A stretch of DNA of 64,000 nt from Lytechinus pictus (GCF_037042905.1 NC_087245.1:15438001-15502000), one strand, 5' to 3'. Positions 40,396-54,433 are shown, numbered from the stretch's first letter. The notes: generated by a model not told the origin, from the letters alone. Numbers and translations: made by a program.

Positions 40396-40674
40396 CACTG
40401 GCGTAAGGATGAGGGGGGCTTGGGGCCATGAACCCCCAAACCTGAATTTTCAGGAATAAAAAAAAATAAGGAAAGAAAAGAAAAAGGAGAAAATGTGACA
40501 TTATGGTAGGTCTATTATTTTCTGAATATTAAGTCCAAATCTATCATAAAATTAGATTTTTGCATTAAAAAGGTCTAAATTTGAGCTCGCTCGCTTCGCT
40601 CACCCACAACTTTCACAAATTTTGCCCGATACACTATGTCTGGCCCCTAAAATTTTTGACTCATTACGCCACTG
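40396..40674. mobile_element. hAT-type MITE
   Basis: TIR CA(C/G)TGGCGTAA; 8-bp TSD ctctctct on both sides. Confidence 0.8.
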
Positions 40675-43600
40675 CTCTCTCTGCATACTTTGTCGTACTA
40701 AGTATCCCCCTTCTTAATATCCAATACATTCTTTAGATTGTGGATACAAATGGAAAAATCGTATTCAATCATACAAAATTATAAAGAAAGATTTTAAAGC
40801 TACTGTTTTATCTAATTCTCCCACGTGTGGAAAATTATACGTGATGTGTCCTGATTTCACCTGGTTCAGTTTGCAACCGTCGATTTTTTTTTCATAAAAA
40901 AAAAATCACTTATCTTTATCAGTATTGTTGTTATTTCTATCATTAACGTGGCTGCGTGGAGAGACTATTCCCTTGTCTCCCCTATCAAGACGATAGCATC
41001 CATAAAACTCTCCGAATCAGACAAAAAAAAAACCAAGGTACCAATCCTCGAAATCCAGAAATAGATCTCCAATTACTACATCCGGGATGGCAATTTAACT
41101 CAAAATCCTAAACCTATTAGGTCCATTCTCAAATAGTTTGTTGCTTTCTTGCCAAATATGTTTTCAATAAGGAATCAGTTAGAGGTTTTCTTCTTAGTTT
41201 GGAGGGAGGGGGGGGGGGGGGGGGCTAAGATTTTCTTGTTCACGATCCAGGCCCATTCCGTATATACGTGATAGCTTACTTTCGTTCCTGGTGTCAACAA
41301 TCTCCAACCCATGTTTGTTAGTATCCTTTTTAGACTTTTCCTGTCCAGCCAGTAAAATTATTATGAGGTCGGAGAAGAATCCGTGTTTCTTTTCATCGAT
41401 ATTTTGCAGTTTGGGTTACTGGCATGACTTTCAAAATTCGATTGGACCATATCTTGTTTAAAAAATGGTTGAATTAAATAAATGAAATGAAAATGAAATG
41501 AAAGGGGGAAATCTTCGCTGCTTTTAGTCGAACTTTAAAAGTTGAACAATGAAACAAGATGTGTACAACTAAAGTAATAAGGCATATGATAAACATAAAC
41601 ATGAAAATAAAATTTCATACCAAAAAAAAAACCGGAAATAGCACAACACGACACGACACGAAAATACAAGTTCCAGGACCCCCCCCCCCAAAAAAAAAAA
41701 GGGGGGGGGAGAAGTGAAGGATGAAATTTAATACTATTCGTTGAATATTATGTTAAAATCTATCAGATGATTAGATTCTCATTTGAGGGCCCAAGTTTTT
41801 CGCCCGATCGCTCACCTCTTTTTAGATTTTTTTTCCGCGTACGCCATATTGTGCCGCCCCCTCAATCATTTTGTTCATGACGTCACTGATTTTCATTTAT
41901 TATGCTGGGACGTATGTACATGTACATAAAGAAATTGTAGGGATTTTTTTTCATAATTTCTCTTTATAAAATCAGCATTGGTTGAAGCTCAGCTCGTGAT
42001 TAATCCGCATAATGCACAGCCGTAACTGTAACAAAAGTATCTTGGTAAACGTCTCGAAACTATCAAATCCTCGATTTCTTACGATTGCAGTTTCTTTTCC
42101 CTCTATCCCAGTAGACCTTCACCCCTAGCTGGACCCCTTATCTCTCCGCAACCATTCTCCAACTTACCCATAGGGAAGATATCGATTTCATTCTTCATCC
42201 GGGATGCGATCACGGTGTTTACAATTTAAGTCTGCCTGATAGAGCATCGTGGTTTATCATTGTATTCAACTGAATTATTCTTTTACTTGTTTGAAAATAA
42301 TATTCCTTTCCCAAAAGAACTCTTCCTATATCCTGATTCTCTGTTGGTAGAAAACTATATATATTATATCCGCGATCTATCTCATCCTTTGTTCAGAATG
42401 TATAGGCCTATATAAAGTAATTTGACAATAGAAACCAAAAACAAAACTAACAAAGACGAAAAGCTTGACATCTATACAATGTCTTTTTACTATATTTTCT
42501 ATCGTAATTCGCTTTTGTCTATTTGTCTTCTTCTCCCTCTCTCTCTCTTCTTCTTTTCTATTTTTTCTACTTCTTTTTCTCATAGCAATCCTCACCCATC
42601 ACATACATGCTCTTCCCCGGGGCTCTTCCATTCATTCTAAGATTAAATCTGCCTCTTGATTATCGTTTTTCCTGTAACCGTGGGCAGCAATCTCCGGGGG
42701 GGGGGGATGTCTCCTCTCGACTTTCGAATTTTGTATTGCAGCTATGGAACGCCTAGTACCCCCCTCCCAGACCAAAAAAATCTCACGAAAAGGCTGCGGA
42801 TGCCCTCTTCTTAAATTTTCTCTTTTCCCGAAACACGTATGTATGCGGGGTTTCGTTGTCGTTTAACTCCTAAAATAGTTGATATGGGTTGAATAAGGCT
42901 CAGCTTACCTTTGTGTGTTCCATCATGAAATCATCCGTGTACATGATCAATGTTCTGAAAATCCAATCAGATATAGGCCTATCATAATCGGGAGCCAGAA
43001 GGTACGGTGTATGTCGTTAAATAAGCCCCTTTCAAAATTGGTGGTGCGACTGCTTACAACCGTTGCGATTCTGTGGAACATATAATGTGACTAAATGATC
43101 GCAAACGATCGCACGAGCAATTGTGAAACCCCTTGATCGTCGTTCACACCGTTTGAATCACAATTTTGTCCGTGAAAAAAATTATAGTCACATAATACGC
43201 ACAAGATTCTTCGAGATGTCAAAACGCTTGCAGAGGCCTCAGTCACTGAATTGCGTCGAGATGACAGTTGTGATTAGTAATTGTTAATTAGCGAGTAATT
43301 CAAATAATACCTACAGTGTGGTAGATAAGAATGCCGATACACTGATGAGATTTCGTTAAAACAATGTAGATGTCTGATAGAAAAAATGCCTTAAAATCGG
43401 AGTCCTGCTATGTGCTTTAATGTCGGAAAATTACACCACGTGCTTGTTTTAGACTGTTTCTCAATTGTCCAATTGAACACAAGTTATCGAGGTCTAATAA
43501 TGAACACATTCCAAGTGCAGGTGAACTTGTCCGACTTATAATGCACTGATTAGTGATGAATAGGCTGAATGTTACATAAAGGGTGGAAAATTCAGCTGGT

Positions 43601-43689
43601 TAGCACTGAACAAAAGAGTTGATCTGAAAAGAAATGACAGGTCTAATGACTTTGAAAGAAGTAACTGGAAGAAGTAATTCGTCCAAAGT

Positions 43690-44060
43690 TTGAAATCAGG
43701 TTCACCCCAAGATGAGAGTCGCCTTCTTAACCTGATGGGCACACTCGCAATAGTTGCGCTTACTCTCTCTCCTACCACTTTGCCCGATCGATTCCGTGCA
43801 CCCTCTATCCTAAATCAAACCCTCCAACTCTCCTCATTCACTTGCTTCCATTACGTCCCTTTTCTGATCTCACTCAAAATCCCTTCATCTCCCCCTCATC
43901 ATCAGCATGCTCCCGTATCATTTTTCCACCACTTCTCCCAAACATAAAATCTGCATCAATATATCAACTTCACACCATACCTCGCTCTCACAATTGCTCT
44001 CTTGTTCCCACCTCTGTTTTGCTCAGGAACTATGTCTCAATCACTCACTAATCTTTCACG
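43690..44060 (+). mobile_element. Possible highly decayed LINE (CR1-like) fragment
   Basis: C-rich stretch with weak similarity to LINE ORF2 C-terminal sequence; no intact motif. Confidence 0.25.
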
Positions 44061-44375
44061 TCTCTGATACTCTATTCATTTAAACTTCAAAGGAAATGTT
44101 TTCCGTGCAGTAACTCTCCACATTCCCTAATGCTTCCTCTCATCCCATCCCTTCACTAATCACACCTTATTACCCAACTCTCCATCCATTCTACCCATCT
44201 TCTACTCTAAAGGCTGTGCAATAAGATTGGCTGTTGCTTGTAGATCAAAACTCGGTAAAGTTGCATCTGATTATTCCATGTATATATTGATAATAACAAT
44301 ATAATGGGCATTTATATAGCGCTATCTATCTAGAAATAATCTACTCAGAGGTGCACCGTTATCATTGTATACGTA

Positions 44376-45017
44376 CAGTTGACGGAGGCCAGAAGTTTAC
44401 ATACACCCAGGAAATTCAAAGAAAACTTGACACTTGCCAAACATCATAAAATTTACTGTATCTTATAGAATATTTGTACTACCATGCTGAATTCGATATT
44501 AAACAAATGAGTACGTCATGCCCCTTCATCACATTGCTTTGTCATCAGGAGCTGAAAAATATTTAGGTGTCATTTTCCCCCAAAAATCTTAATATTTTAG
44601 ACAAATTAAAAATAAAAATTGACAAAAACATTTCATATATATGCCAGTTAATTCTCAACACAAACATTTCAGATTACACTTTTTTGTTCAGTTGTGACAT
44701 ATCATGATAGAAAATGTAATATAAATAATAGATTTGACATTTACATATTTCTATGAAATGATGTTTGAAGATATAATAACAAACAATTTAATACATTTGG
44801 CACGAATATTAATTTTTTTCTTCAAAGAAAATTCCACCTGAAACAATCCCAACGGCATCCATATCATGTGAAAGAGCTTAATACGCTCTTTCATTTAATA
44901 CCAAATTCATCGTGGTAGTATTAATATTTTTGAAGATAGAGTAAATTTTACAGAGTTTGGCAAGCGAACAAATTTTACTGAATTCCATGGGTGTACGTAA
45001 GCTTTCGGCCTCAACTG
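44376..45017. mobile_element. Tc1-like non-autonomous element
   Basis: TA-CAGTTGA..AAGTTTACATACACC and GGGTGTACGTAAGCTTTCGGCCTCAACTG-TA; ends resemble Sleeping Beauty-type Tc1 TIRs. Confidence 0.8.
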
Positions 45018-47923
45018 TATACATTTGAAGTATAAAGGTGACAAATACTCCTGATACTTCAAACATTGGTCAAGTCAGCTAGAACATGATGAACAAATAC
45101 ATAATCAATATCTGCCCTGATATATATAACCTCTCTTATTTCAATTCCATGAAGATAATTTACAAAGGGTATTCTAAATTTACAATATCCCTTGGAGGCC
45201 ACCTTGCTAATGACCTTACAACTACCAACTAATAGCTGAGAATAATAAGGCTCTACACACACGAAAAATCACATGCTCTTCTTATTGACTTTATTTAAAT
45301 TTAACAATTTAAAGTGATGCAGCACAGCAGAATCACAGAACAAGGGGAATTTAATAATACTAGTACAATGCAAACAATTATGAATGCAGGATAAAATGAC
45401 AAGCCTTAGGGGAAATTTCATCATTTATGTACAATAACAGGTCTATTAAATTTCCCGAATAATCATAAATCATTATAAATCAAAATATCTTGAACTACCA
45501 GTACATTTTATCAAAGTACTCCCCTTCCAATTTATGCATACTCTCGTCATTTCCTGCAGCTTCAAATAACTCCTCATGTATTGTGCATGCCACACACGAA
45601 ATTTATTTATCAGCATAAAAATGAATCATAAAACATACAAGAAGAAATTATAAATCTTCATTTGCCTCTCTCCACGCAGGTGTAGGTAAAATGAACAAGT
45701 TATTCCTTTAAATTCTCAAATGATACATCAAAATATTATTATGGTTTCTTGTATACTGCCGGGTTGAAGATTTAACATTGTGTTTTCAGTATATCATATT
45801 CATCATCAGAGTCCACATACACTGAGTGTTGATATACGATTGCACAAAAAATTACTTATATGAAACAAAATTTTGTTCTTCATCACCAAAACAAAGTTTG
45901 ATTCACTTCATGGTGATAGAAATATACATTTTGCTGATCTTTTCAGTCAAAAGAAAGAAAACACACCACAATATCAGAAGCTTTGTAGTCATTACAAAGA
46001 CTTTGTTGAGTATAAGAGGTTTAAAGACTCTAATGGAGTGTTGCAAGAAACTTGCTGATCAAAAGTCAATTTACAGCCCCAAAATCAATAAGCCTTGCAA
46101 TTAATTGCAATTTTGAAATCGATCAATGGCCTGCAGCATTTATTTAAGTATAAATTGATTTGCTTTAGATGAAATTGATCTATTTAAATTTGCAACTAAA
46201 ATTTGCGATTGACAGCAAATATTTTCTTGCAACAGCCCTTACGAAATCATAAAGCAGCATAGAAATGACCAATTAACTTTATGCTGCATTATATTTGCTT
46301 TTGTCTGAGTCTAACCCTATGTGGAGGTGAAAAAAAACCAATGTTTTTCCAATATGATAGCAGGCATATTTCTTCACATTCATTTAAATGGTCTCAGGTT
46401 AAAGGACATATTATCGCTGCCCTCAGCAAATATACATGTACATTCCCTTTTTATCAGGTTTGCTTTATGCTACTGCTTCAGAAACTAGACCAGCCATTCT
46501 CAATTACTTTTTTTGAAGCGCCACATTTCTTGTTGAGAATCTGTAATGCTCCACTATCCCCCGCACTATCCATTATGCAAACCAGCAATGTATCAGCGGA
46601 GGGGGTCCAGAGGCCCCTGGTGGGGGTCGAGGGGGCAGAGCCCCCAGAAGTTTTTGAATATGAGGCCTTTTAAATTGCCCAGAGGGGCTCTAATTAATAT
46701 CAACAGAAGAAATACAAATGCCAACAAACTACACAATATGAATATTAAAAGAAAAATTACCAGTGACTTTTTCACAACATACCAATGATACCACTAGTTC
46801 AAACTGTTTTGCACCAGACCTATTGGCTGAAGAAAGTGGCGTAATGAGTAAAAAAAAAAATAAGGGGACAAGATATGGCAGCTGAAGCAAAAATATTGAA
46901 TTTTTCAATACAAAAATCTATATTTTGACATAATATTAAGAAAATAATACAATGTTCCACTCTTTCCCTTTCCTTTTCTTTCCTTTTCTCCTTTTTTTTC
47001 TTGGCCGTGAAACACTTGGGGGGCCCCCAATCCCCACCCCCATCTGTACGCCAGTGGCTGAAGTTACGTTCCCCGATTTTGCAAGGGCTGAAAATTAGGC
47101 GTTGCACTGCACTAACGCCCCAAACTGCCCCTCTCGATAGATCTCTCTCTCTACAACTCGTGTTAAGCAAGAGTGCATGCAGGCAATCACAGCAGGCAAT
47201 ACATCTGACCATACATGTATTTCACTTTTACAACTTGGGATTTTAATCGGCTCCGGAAACAAAGTTTCTGCTTGTTATGTCCCAAAGTCAAAATCTTTTA
47301 TGATCAGGATGTACTTTGAATATCATATTATTTGATGTTTAACTCTTAACCAAAACGTATACTCTGGAAATGGAAAATTTCTCGCCGTTGAAAGAGAAAT
47401 CCTACAAACGGGGTTTTCAAATCACTTGTGTGGAACATTAACTTTGTACAGCATAGAATAAATAAAAAGGAGAACACCATCGACCCTCCATAATAGGGGT
47501 TATCGAGTGCTAAATTGGACAAAATTTGAGGAAATCAATTAGCAATTAAGTGTCAAGTAAAGAGTTTTTGTTTTCTCTTTGTATTAAAATGATCACCAAA
47601 TCCTTATTTCCAGGTTACTGGTAGATACATTTTTTCTCACCAATTTTTCCTTATTTTTACGTTCTTTTTTTATACCTGCTCCCAAGCGCCACTCCGCAAG
47701 GCTCGGTGCGCCACAAGTGGCGCGCGCGCCACCATTTGAGAATCCCTGAACTAGACTTTATTCCATCACCTTTCTAATTAACATTGACCATATTCTTACA
47801 AGGTGTACTTTAAAAAAAAAAGAAGATGTACATGCCTTAATATTATTACTGGTGGTTATTCTCTCTACCTATATTTTCAGTAGATTCATTAATGACGTTT
47901 GAGATGATTACCACACAGAGATT

Positions 47924-48042
47924 CTAATCAACATTCATTACGTCCTCATCTCCATCTTTCTTCTTGTCTTTTCCTCCGTCATCTTTCTTCTCTCCCTTGG
48001 AGTCTGAACCACCCTGAAGAGCCTTGCTGAAAGCCTCAATAT
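47924..48042 (-). CDS. ADRM1: ADRM1 last coding exon
   Basis: DIEAFSKALQGGSDSKGEKKDDGGKDKKKDGDEDVMNVD then TAG; matches the charged ADRM1 tail; minus-strand AATAAA candidates near 47757 and 45290. Confidence 0.95.
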
Positions 48043-48099
48043 CTGTCACAAATAAATAAAAGACTCAAGAGTGACTACAAAACCCAGAGTAGGTGATAA

Positions 48100-48249
48100 T
48101 GCTGCAGTCACATTTTCCCTATGGCGGCTGTACAGCAAGTAAAAAACAGCCATTCTATTCATTCTTATTCAAACCACCTATATGTAGCTATCCTACAAAT
48201 ATTAAATCGGCTGTTTTTGACTCGCCATAGGAGAAATGTGACTGCGCCA
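48100..48249. mobile_element. Short palindromic MITE (Harbinger-like)
   Basis: GCAGTCACATTTTCCCTATGGCG...CGCCATAGGAGAAATGTGACTGC inverted ends. Confidence 0.6.
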
Positions 48250-49560
48250 TAAGCCATGTTGTTAAAATTTTGATTAACAATTATTATTTAAAGCAAAATA
48301 TTGACGTGATAATGGATACCATGGATAAGGTAATACTTCAATTTGGAAAGAGCAAAAAGGAGAATAGTACTTGCCAGTGTGAATAGCAAAGGTAGCATTA
48401 ACACTAACAATTGACTCTTATTTTACTAAAAGTGGTCAGAAATCATGAGTAGAATACAGGATAATCTCTAACATGGATATATCAAAGGAATTCAGGCAAT
48501 GCAATTTTAATCAGTCTCATGCAAACTTTCAGTTTGCAATCTCCTCTTTAATACAGGCAAATGACTTGTATTCACGGGTTACAAGATATGACGATTCAAG
48601 ATTTTACTGTCAGAAATGATTGTGAATCTGATACTTTCTTATTGTGACTACATGTATTTCTGTTTTTATTTTAAATGACAAACTTAACCCGTTGACTATT
48701 TAATATCGAGCACTTTTAGAAACGTACGTCGACATAGAGGACTGGTACGAGATGACGTCATTTTTTGGCCTGCCATATGCCTCAGGTCCTCACACACGTC
48801 CACTATCAAATTCGAGAACCTCGCCACATCCATTTTGCGGTTTTCCTAAATCATAGACGACGTGCACGTGAGTGACGTCATTTTAACCGTTCAAGCCCAG
48901 CATGAAGATCAACCTTTCCCTTTTAAAACACAGTTTTCAGTGACTTTTCACAAAATTAATGTATATTGTACGATGCATTATGTTTATCATATTTGAAATT
49001 GCTTTCTGATCTCCAAAATATAAATTGATATTTATCCTAACTCGTGTAAAAAGGAATCAAAGCAAGTGAAAGGGCACGTGTGCACAAGTTGCACCTTCGC
49101 ATCACCCGACCGGGTCGCCAGGCGATGGTGCGCCAGATCTTCCGAGTCGGGCAGCGTGTCATGACCCAATGGTTATCGCGCTGTTTCACGTGGACTTACG
49201 TACACGTACAAGTCGAGTGAAATCTAAAGTATTCGCATCTGTAGTGAACAAGGGCAGACGACGACGTTGACTCGAACGATCAGATGACTGCTACGTCGTT
49301 CTCGTTCACTGCTCCTAAAACTCTCTACTTACTTACTTACTCTTATTTACTTGTACAGTGACCACATGAGGACTGTTGCATAAAAGTTACTGTTAAGGTA
49401 GCTTTGAAATCCACTCTTCCATGAAATCTTTCGAATTTGATTGACTGTTGAGCACTCTTTTTACCGTGGTAGTTACCAATGGATAGCAGTGTTACCATAA
49501 TAATATGTTTTATGCAACAGGTTCCTAGTTCTGTGATGCAGCGGTTTAAGCCATTCTTAC

Positions 49561-49663
49561 CTCCTTTATTAGCAGCATCTGTTGCCTCCGAGCTGAGACC
49601 AAACTGAGTCATAAGAGGACCTAACTGACCGGACTGGAATGCAGCTGTAAACATACCCAATGC
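49561..49663 (-). CDS. ADRM1: ADRM1 exon (DEUBAD domain)
   Basis: 103 nt, phase 0 to 1: [34 protein letters not shown]; gtaaga donor. Confidence 0.96.
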
Positions 49664-49799
49664 CTGCAAGAAAGAAAGAACAGCTTACATGTTTTTGTAA
49701 TATTTCAACAGGTACCAGCTTTATATTTCATCAGCAAATCAACATAATGATAACTGCATTTAAATCATCATTAACACAATTTCACAGATGCCCCTCAAT

Positions 49800-49950
49800 C
49801 TTCATCAGCAACTGCCCAAGGGACCCAGAGCTAGGACAAGAGCTTTTAGTGATGTTGCTCTTAGACTTTGGAACAACCTTCCCACTAAGTTGAGGGATTC
49901 CTCTTCATTAAACTTATTCAAATTCTCCCTCAGAATTGACCTCTTCAATT
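49800..49950 (+). mobile_element. L2/CR1-clade LINE ORF2 3' fragment
   Basis: RAFSDVALRLWNNLPTKLRDSSSLNLFKFSLRIDLF matches the RAFS..AP.LWN.LP..IR...S...FK..LKT.LF terminus. Confidence 0.75.
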
Positions 49951-50197
49951 ATCCTTGTAAGTTTACATTGTCATTATTGAACCCCTTTTATTCTGAATAT
50001 ATCATAGCCTTTATATGGTGTATGTGTATGTATCGGCTTTACTCTCTTATGATTCTAATAATTTATTCATATTTTCCGCCTGGTGAATATTCTGACATGA
50101 TTATTCAAAATGACAAGATATTTAGCTATCGATATCTGTTAATTGATTGCCAGTACTTGCGTGAAAGGTCAATCTGAATGTGTAAACATAAACAACA

Positions 50198-51115
50198 ATG
50201 GCTGCCTCCAGTGACATGCTGAGATTCAATCTAATTGAAGATGGGGATTTAGAGGATTTTATTGCTTCAACAGATTTAGAGAATACGAAGGAACAGATCA
50301 AGTATGTGCAATATTTAACAAATACTGCACCATAGTTTATGTTAATTATGCAGATCTTGACGATGTTGAATTGAATAAACTGTTGTCCTGATTTTATACT
50401 GGTGCTCGGAGTAAAAATGGCAAGGACTACTCGGTAAAGACAATGCATAGCATCACATTTGCTCTACAACGTCATTTCTTATCTTCAAGAGGAATAAAAC
50501 ATCATGGAAGGTATAGAGTTTGCTTTCTCTAATCGTACATTCAAAGCCATATGAGTGAAGCTTAAAGCAAAAGGGAAGGCATTGGTTAAGCACTAACCCA
50601 CTAACAACAAAGCAGATATGAAGCTCATTCAAGAAAGTCTCAACATTTCCATCCCCAGACAGCTGCAACACAAAGTTTCCTTAGATTGCATGCTATACAT
50701 TGCGAAAGGGCGCATGGAATATTTGCAAGGAATGATTTCGTTCTACACGAGGAGAATGGCCATGAATATTTCACTCTGCAAGACATGTAAAGAAAAAAAA
50801 TTACAAGGTAGATGAAGATGTGAGTCTGGGAGAACAAATGCATGGAAAAACTTAAAGTATTACCGTACCAATATGGCAAAGGCCAAAGCAGGCTTGTGTT
50901 CAAGAGGGTGCTAAGGTCTTGTACAATAATGTGTCCTTGTACACAATACTCTTAAATGATGGAGAAAATCAGCAAGAGTGCAAGGTGTTCCAAACCTTAC
51001 ACCAACTATTCGCTTCGTGCCACGAGCATTACTATCCTAGATCATACGGATTTTCCTCGCGGCACATCATGACCGTTTCTGGTCATCGGTTCGAAACGTA
51101 TATAAAAAACTATGA
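50198..51115 (+). pseudogene. Decayed Crypton tyrosine-recombinase ORF (DUF3504-related)
   Basis: Across stops and frameshifts: MLRFNLIEDGDLEDF..NTK, LNKLLS*FYTGARSKNGKDYSVKTMHSITFALQRHF, KLKAKGKALVKH, PRQLQHKVSLDCMLY, YTNYSLRATSITILDH, RHIMTVSGHRFETYIKNY. Confidence 0.8.
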
Positions 51116-51758
51116 AGAACAAGTGATCATTACAAATAGACATGTCCAAAACTCTTTCTTCTGTTATTCAACAGACCAGTGAGTCAGAGTCTGTGTCCAC
51201 CAATAATCATGACCAAACATCAACATCAGACAATTGGGACTGTATGTTCGATGACAAGGAAGATTTGTTCACCGACAGTCAATTGGATAGGGCTCTCGGT
51301 GCCATCCCGAACTCTTATCCCCTGCAAGATGTGACTAATCAAGATATTTCCTGCCACCTCGGAATCCATAATTTCACTGGAACTTCTCAATGCATTGTAT
51401 ATTTGATTAATGTTTGTTAGTCATTTTTTTTGTAAAGTGCTTAGAAGAATTATGTATTTAAGCGCTGTATGAAAACAATATTTATTATTACTAACTTTAT
51501 TATCTACATAGAATTAGTGATCTCAATATTCAAATGTTCATGACTTTCCTATTATTAATTAAATCTTCTTCAAACTTTTATTGATTTTTTTTCATATGAA
51601 TTAAACTCGCTTCAAGGATTTCAATCTCCTTCAATATATCAGACAGGGCATAGGGATACTTGTAACATTGGAAACAGGATGTGGAAAAATATGAGGGAAC
51701 TACATAGAAGAGAACTTTAAGAACGGAAGGTGAAAAATGAAAGAAAATTTTTTCGGAC

Positions 51759-51919
51759 CTGTTTAAACTGGGGGGACTGAAGAGTGGCCCGAAGCTGCTC
51801 AGGATCTTTTGGAAGTGATTCCCCCTCTGGCAAGAATGGAATAAGCTTCTGTTGAATCTCCTGATTGGCTAGAATTGGGGTCATGGCTTCTGAAGTCATC
51901 AGCTGACTCAGGTCAACAG
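51759..51919 (-). CDS. ADRM1: ADRM1 exon (DEUBAD/UCH37-binding domain)
   Basis: 161 nt, phase 1 to 0: AVDLSQLMTSEAMTPILANQEIQQKLIPFLPEGESLPKDPEQLRATLQSPQFKQ. Confidence 0.96.
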
Positions 51920-52261
51920 CTGTAAGATAACAAGAGCCGAGTAGAAATTAAATAAAACAAAGAAGTTACACAATGCAAGCATAATTACATACAAAATAAT
52001 AATAATAATTTGACAGAATCTGACTTATTTCAGAATCTTCACCGATAAAAATTTATCAGAAGGAATAAAAATTGCTGACAGAAAGTGATGAATTCCTGGC
52101 AGGTTCTGCTAATTGTACATTTGTACACATGACAATAAAGATTGTCAAACTACCCATACCTACCCAATTTCTTAATCAAGGCTTCAGATATTTGTAGGAA
52201 TAATTATCAACAAACAAGTATTATATGACATGCAATGAAATATAAGAATTTAATAATATAC

Positions 52262-52291
52262 CTGGTTGTGCAGGTGCTGCATCTCCTGGCA
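52262..52291 (-). CDS. ADRM1: ADRM1 30-nt small exon
   Basis: ttctag TGCCAGGAGATGCAGCACCTGCACAACCAG gtatat; phase 1 to 1, (L)PGDAAPAQP. Confidence 0.8.
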
Positions 52292-52914
52292 CTAGAAATG
52301 AAATAAGATAATAGGAGAATTGATTTATCTAATCATTCATTTACTAAATAATAATTTTAACTACACTTTCTTATAACAGGGATCCCATAAAAATCAGAAT
52401 GGTGGATGTTAATTGCTTAGAGTAAAAAAGGTTTAGTTTTTTCATTCATTTTACACTTCATTAGTTAAAGCATCTTTTAGCAAATGATACAAAGTATGTA
52501 TTAATTGTAAAATCCTACAATTATTTAAATCTCTGAGCAACGAACAGAATAAAATCACATATTCTCCCATCATAATGTCCATGCCTACCCGAGGTCTTGC
52601 TTTTATCTGTTTATTTTGTCTACTTACCAAGATATCTTTCTGCTCCTATTTGACAAGATATTTTATAGAAGGATCTGATTCTTGGTTGTGGCTGATGATA
52701 AGGTCAAGATGGATCATGTACTTCACCTGCCTTCACCAGGGTATAGTTACAATACCCATAGAGATAGAGATTGAAGTATTGGTTAAGATCACAACATTTG
52801 ATACATATTACTGGGATGATAAGGGTAATGTTAATCTGATGAAACCAATCGAGACTGTGATCTTAAAGGGAGATAACAATCATAAAGATAATTATTAACA
52901 CCCAAATGACTTAC

Positions 52915-53159
52915 GGTTCATGGAGCTAAGGATACTCTGCAAGTCCCTCAGCTGAATAGCAGGCTGTCCTGAAGCCGGAGCAGCAGCTGATGCAGCAGAG
53001 GACGTAGTAGAAGCAGGGGTAGCACTAGGAGCAGATGACGGGGCAGTGGCTGGAGTGGTAGATGGCCTAGCTGCTGGGGTGGAGCTTTGAGTAGTGGCAG
53101 GTGTCACATTGCTGCTAGATGATGTAGCAGGACGAGCAGAGGATTGGGTTCTTGATGGT
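52915..53159 (-). CDS. ADRM1: ADRM1 exon (Ser/Thr/Ala/Pro-rich linker)
   Basis: 245 nt, phase 2 to 1: PSRTQSSARPATSS...QPAIQLRDLQSILSSMN; conserved IQLxDLQSIL motif; gtaagt donor. Confidence 0.93.
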
Positions 53160-54003
53160 CTGTAAAGACAAAATAACAGTCATCAGTCAAGTTTATATAA
53201 TGGCTTTGTGCATAAGTCTTGTTTTACTGGCAGGGGAAAATGATGCTTCAAATAATAAAATGGCATTATTCAATCTGTCAAAATCCGGTTACTGGTCAGG
53301 AGGGGCTATTTCGGCTAAACAACAGCTCAGGGGCTAGGGCAGATTCTACCTCACAAGATTTTGGTCATTGACTGCACAATAAAGCCAAAATTTGGCTTGC
53401 ATGTCATCTGCAATATAAGCCATAAATTTGTATAGATTATTTTCCACAATAGTGTCATTCATTCAATATGTGCACTTTTTGATTGCTGATTTATGTGTCA
53501 AATCAGACTTATTGCTATCAGTTCCAAATGAAGCACACTATTCTAAACATATACTTGAAAAAAATAAGTTTTTATTTTTCATTCTCAAGTATTTGTTTGT
53601 CAATCTCCTCATTTATAATGCTTGATCTCAGTGAAATCACTGATCAGTTATACTCTTACAATCATTAAAAGCAATAGGTTAACAAATTCTTATCAGAAAA
53701 CCAAAATCAATATATATTTTAATGAATTTTGACTATAAATCTGGCAAGATAACACACAATGTGTACCAACTATACATGATATCTAGTTTTAGAGCATTTT
53801 TTTGTACATCACGCCACAGTAATGCATTGTGTAACTCCAGAACAACATTATCATTAATAGAGATAGAAACTCAAGCAGGTGACAAAATTTTTGATGTAAC
53901 AGCAATGGCCAAGAATTTGAATTTGAAGGATAAGCAAGACTTATGTTTATAGATTTAATCAACTTCCATGTCTTAACTGAAAACTTTAAATCTGAAAGCT
54001 TAC

Positions 54004-54064
54004 GTTGACTCAGATCCACCTCCAGATCGAGCTCCTCCCAACATGCTCTGCAAACCTAGAGGAC
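54004..54064 (-). CDS. ADRM1: ADRM1 exon (linker)
   Basis: 61 nt, phase 1 to 2: GPLGLQSMLGGARSGGGSES; aatag acceptor, gtaagc donor; joins the phases of its neighbours. Confidence 0.88.
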
Positions 54065-54433
54065 CTATTAAATAAAATAACCACAAATAATATATCAAAA
54101 ATTATCTGCACAAGACATCTGAGTATGTAAATTCTTAGACCATATGTGACTGACCAGCCACCCCCAAAACCAACAATAAGTTGCCAAGGAAGGTTCTCTG
54201 TAAATAGTGAAAATAGTAATGGTCTTAAAAGGGACAAATCTGAAAATTAACTTATCTGAAAGAGCAATTCTTCTTCATACTGTAAAAAATTGAAGTTCTA
54301 TGGTTGAATAAAAGAAATGATACAAGAGTTTCTCTGATACCATTTTTTCAGACTGCTTGGAAGTTTTACCGATATTGCACAGTGTGCACATCTCATGCTT
54401 GAGTGAACCCCAAACTTGTTTTCTCCTTTTTTT

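Noticed and set aside
41280-42954. Exon-like segments 42909-42954 and 41280-41452 on the minus strand
   Set aside because: Good splice sites, but no frame stays open through them into gene 2; could be 5' UTR exons, cannot be supported as CDS
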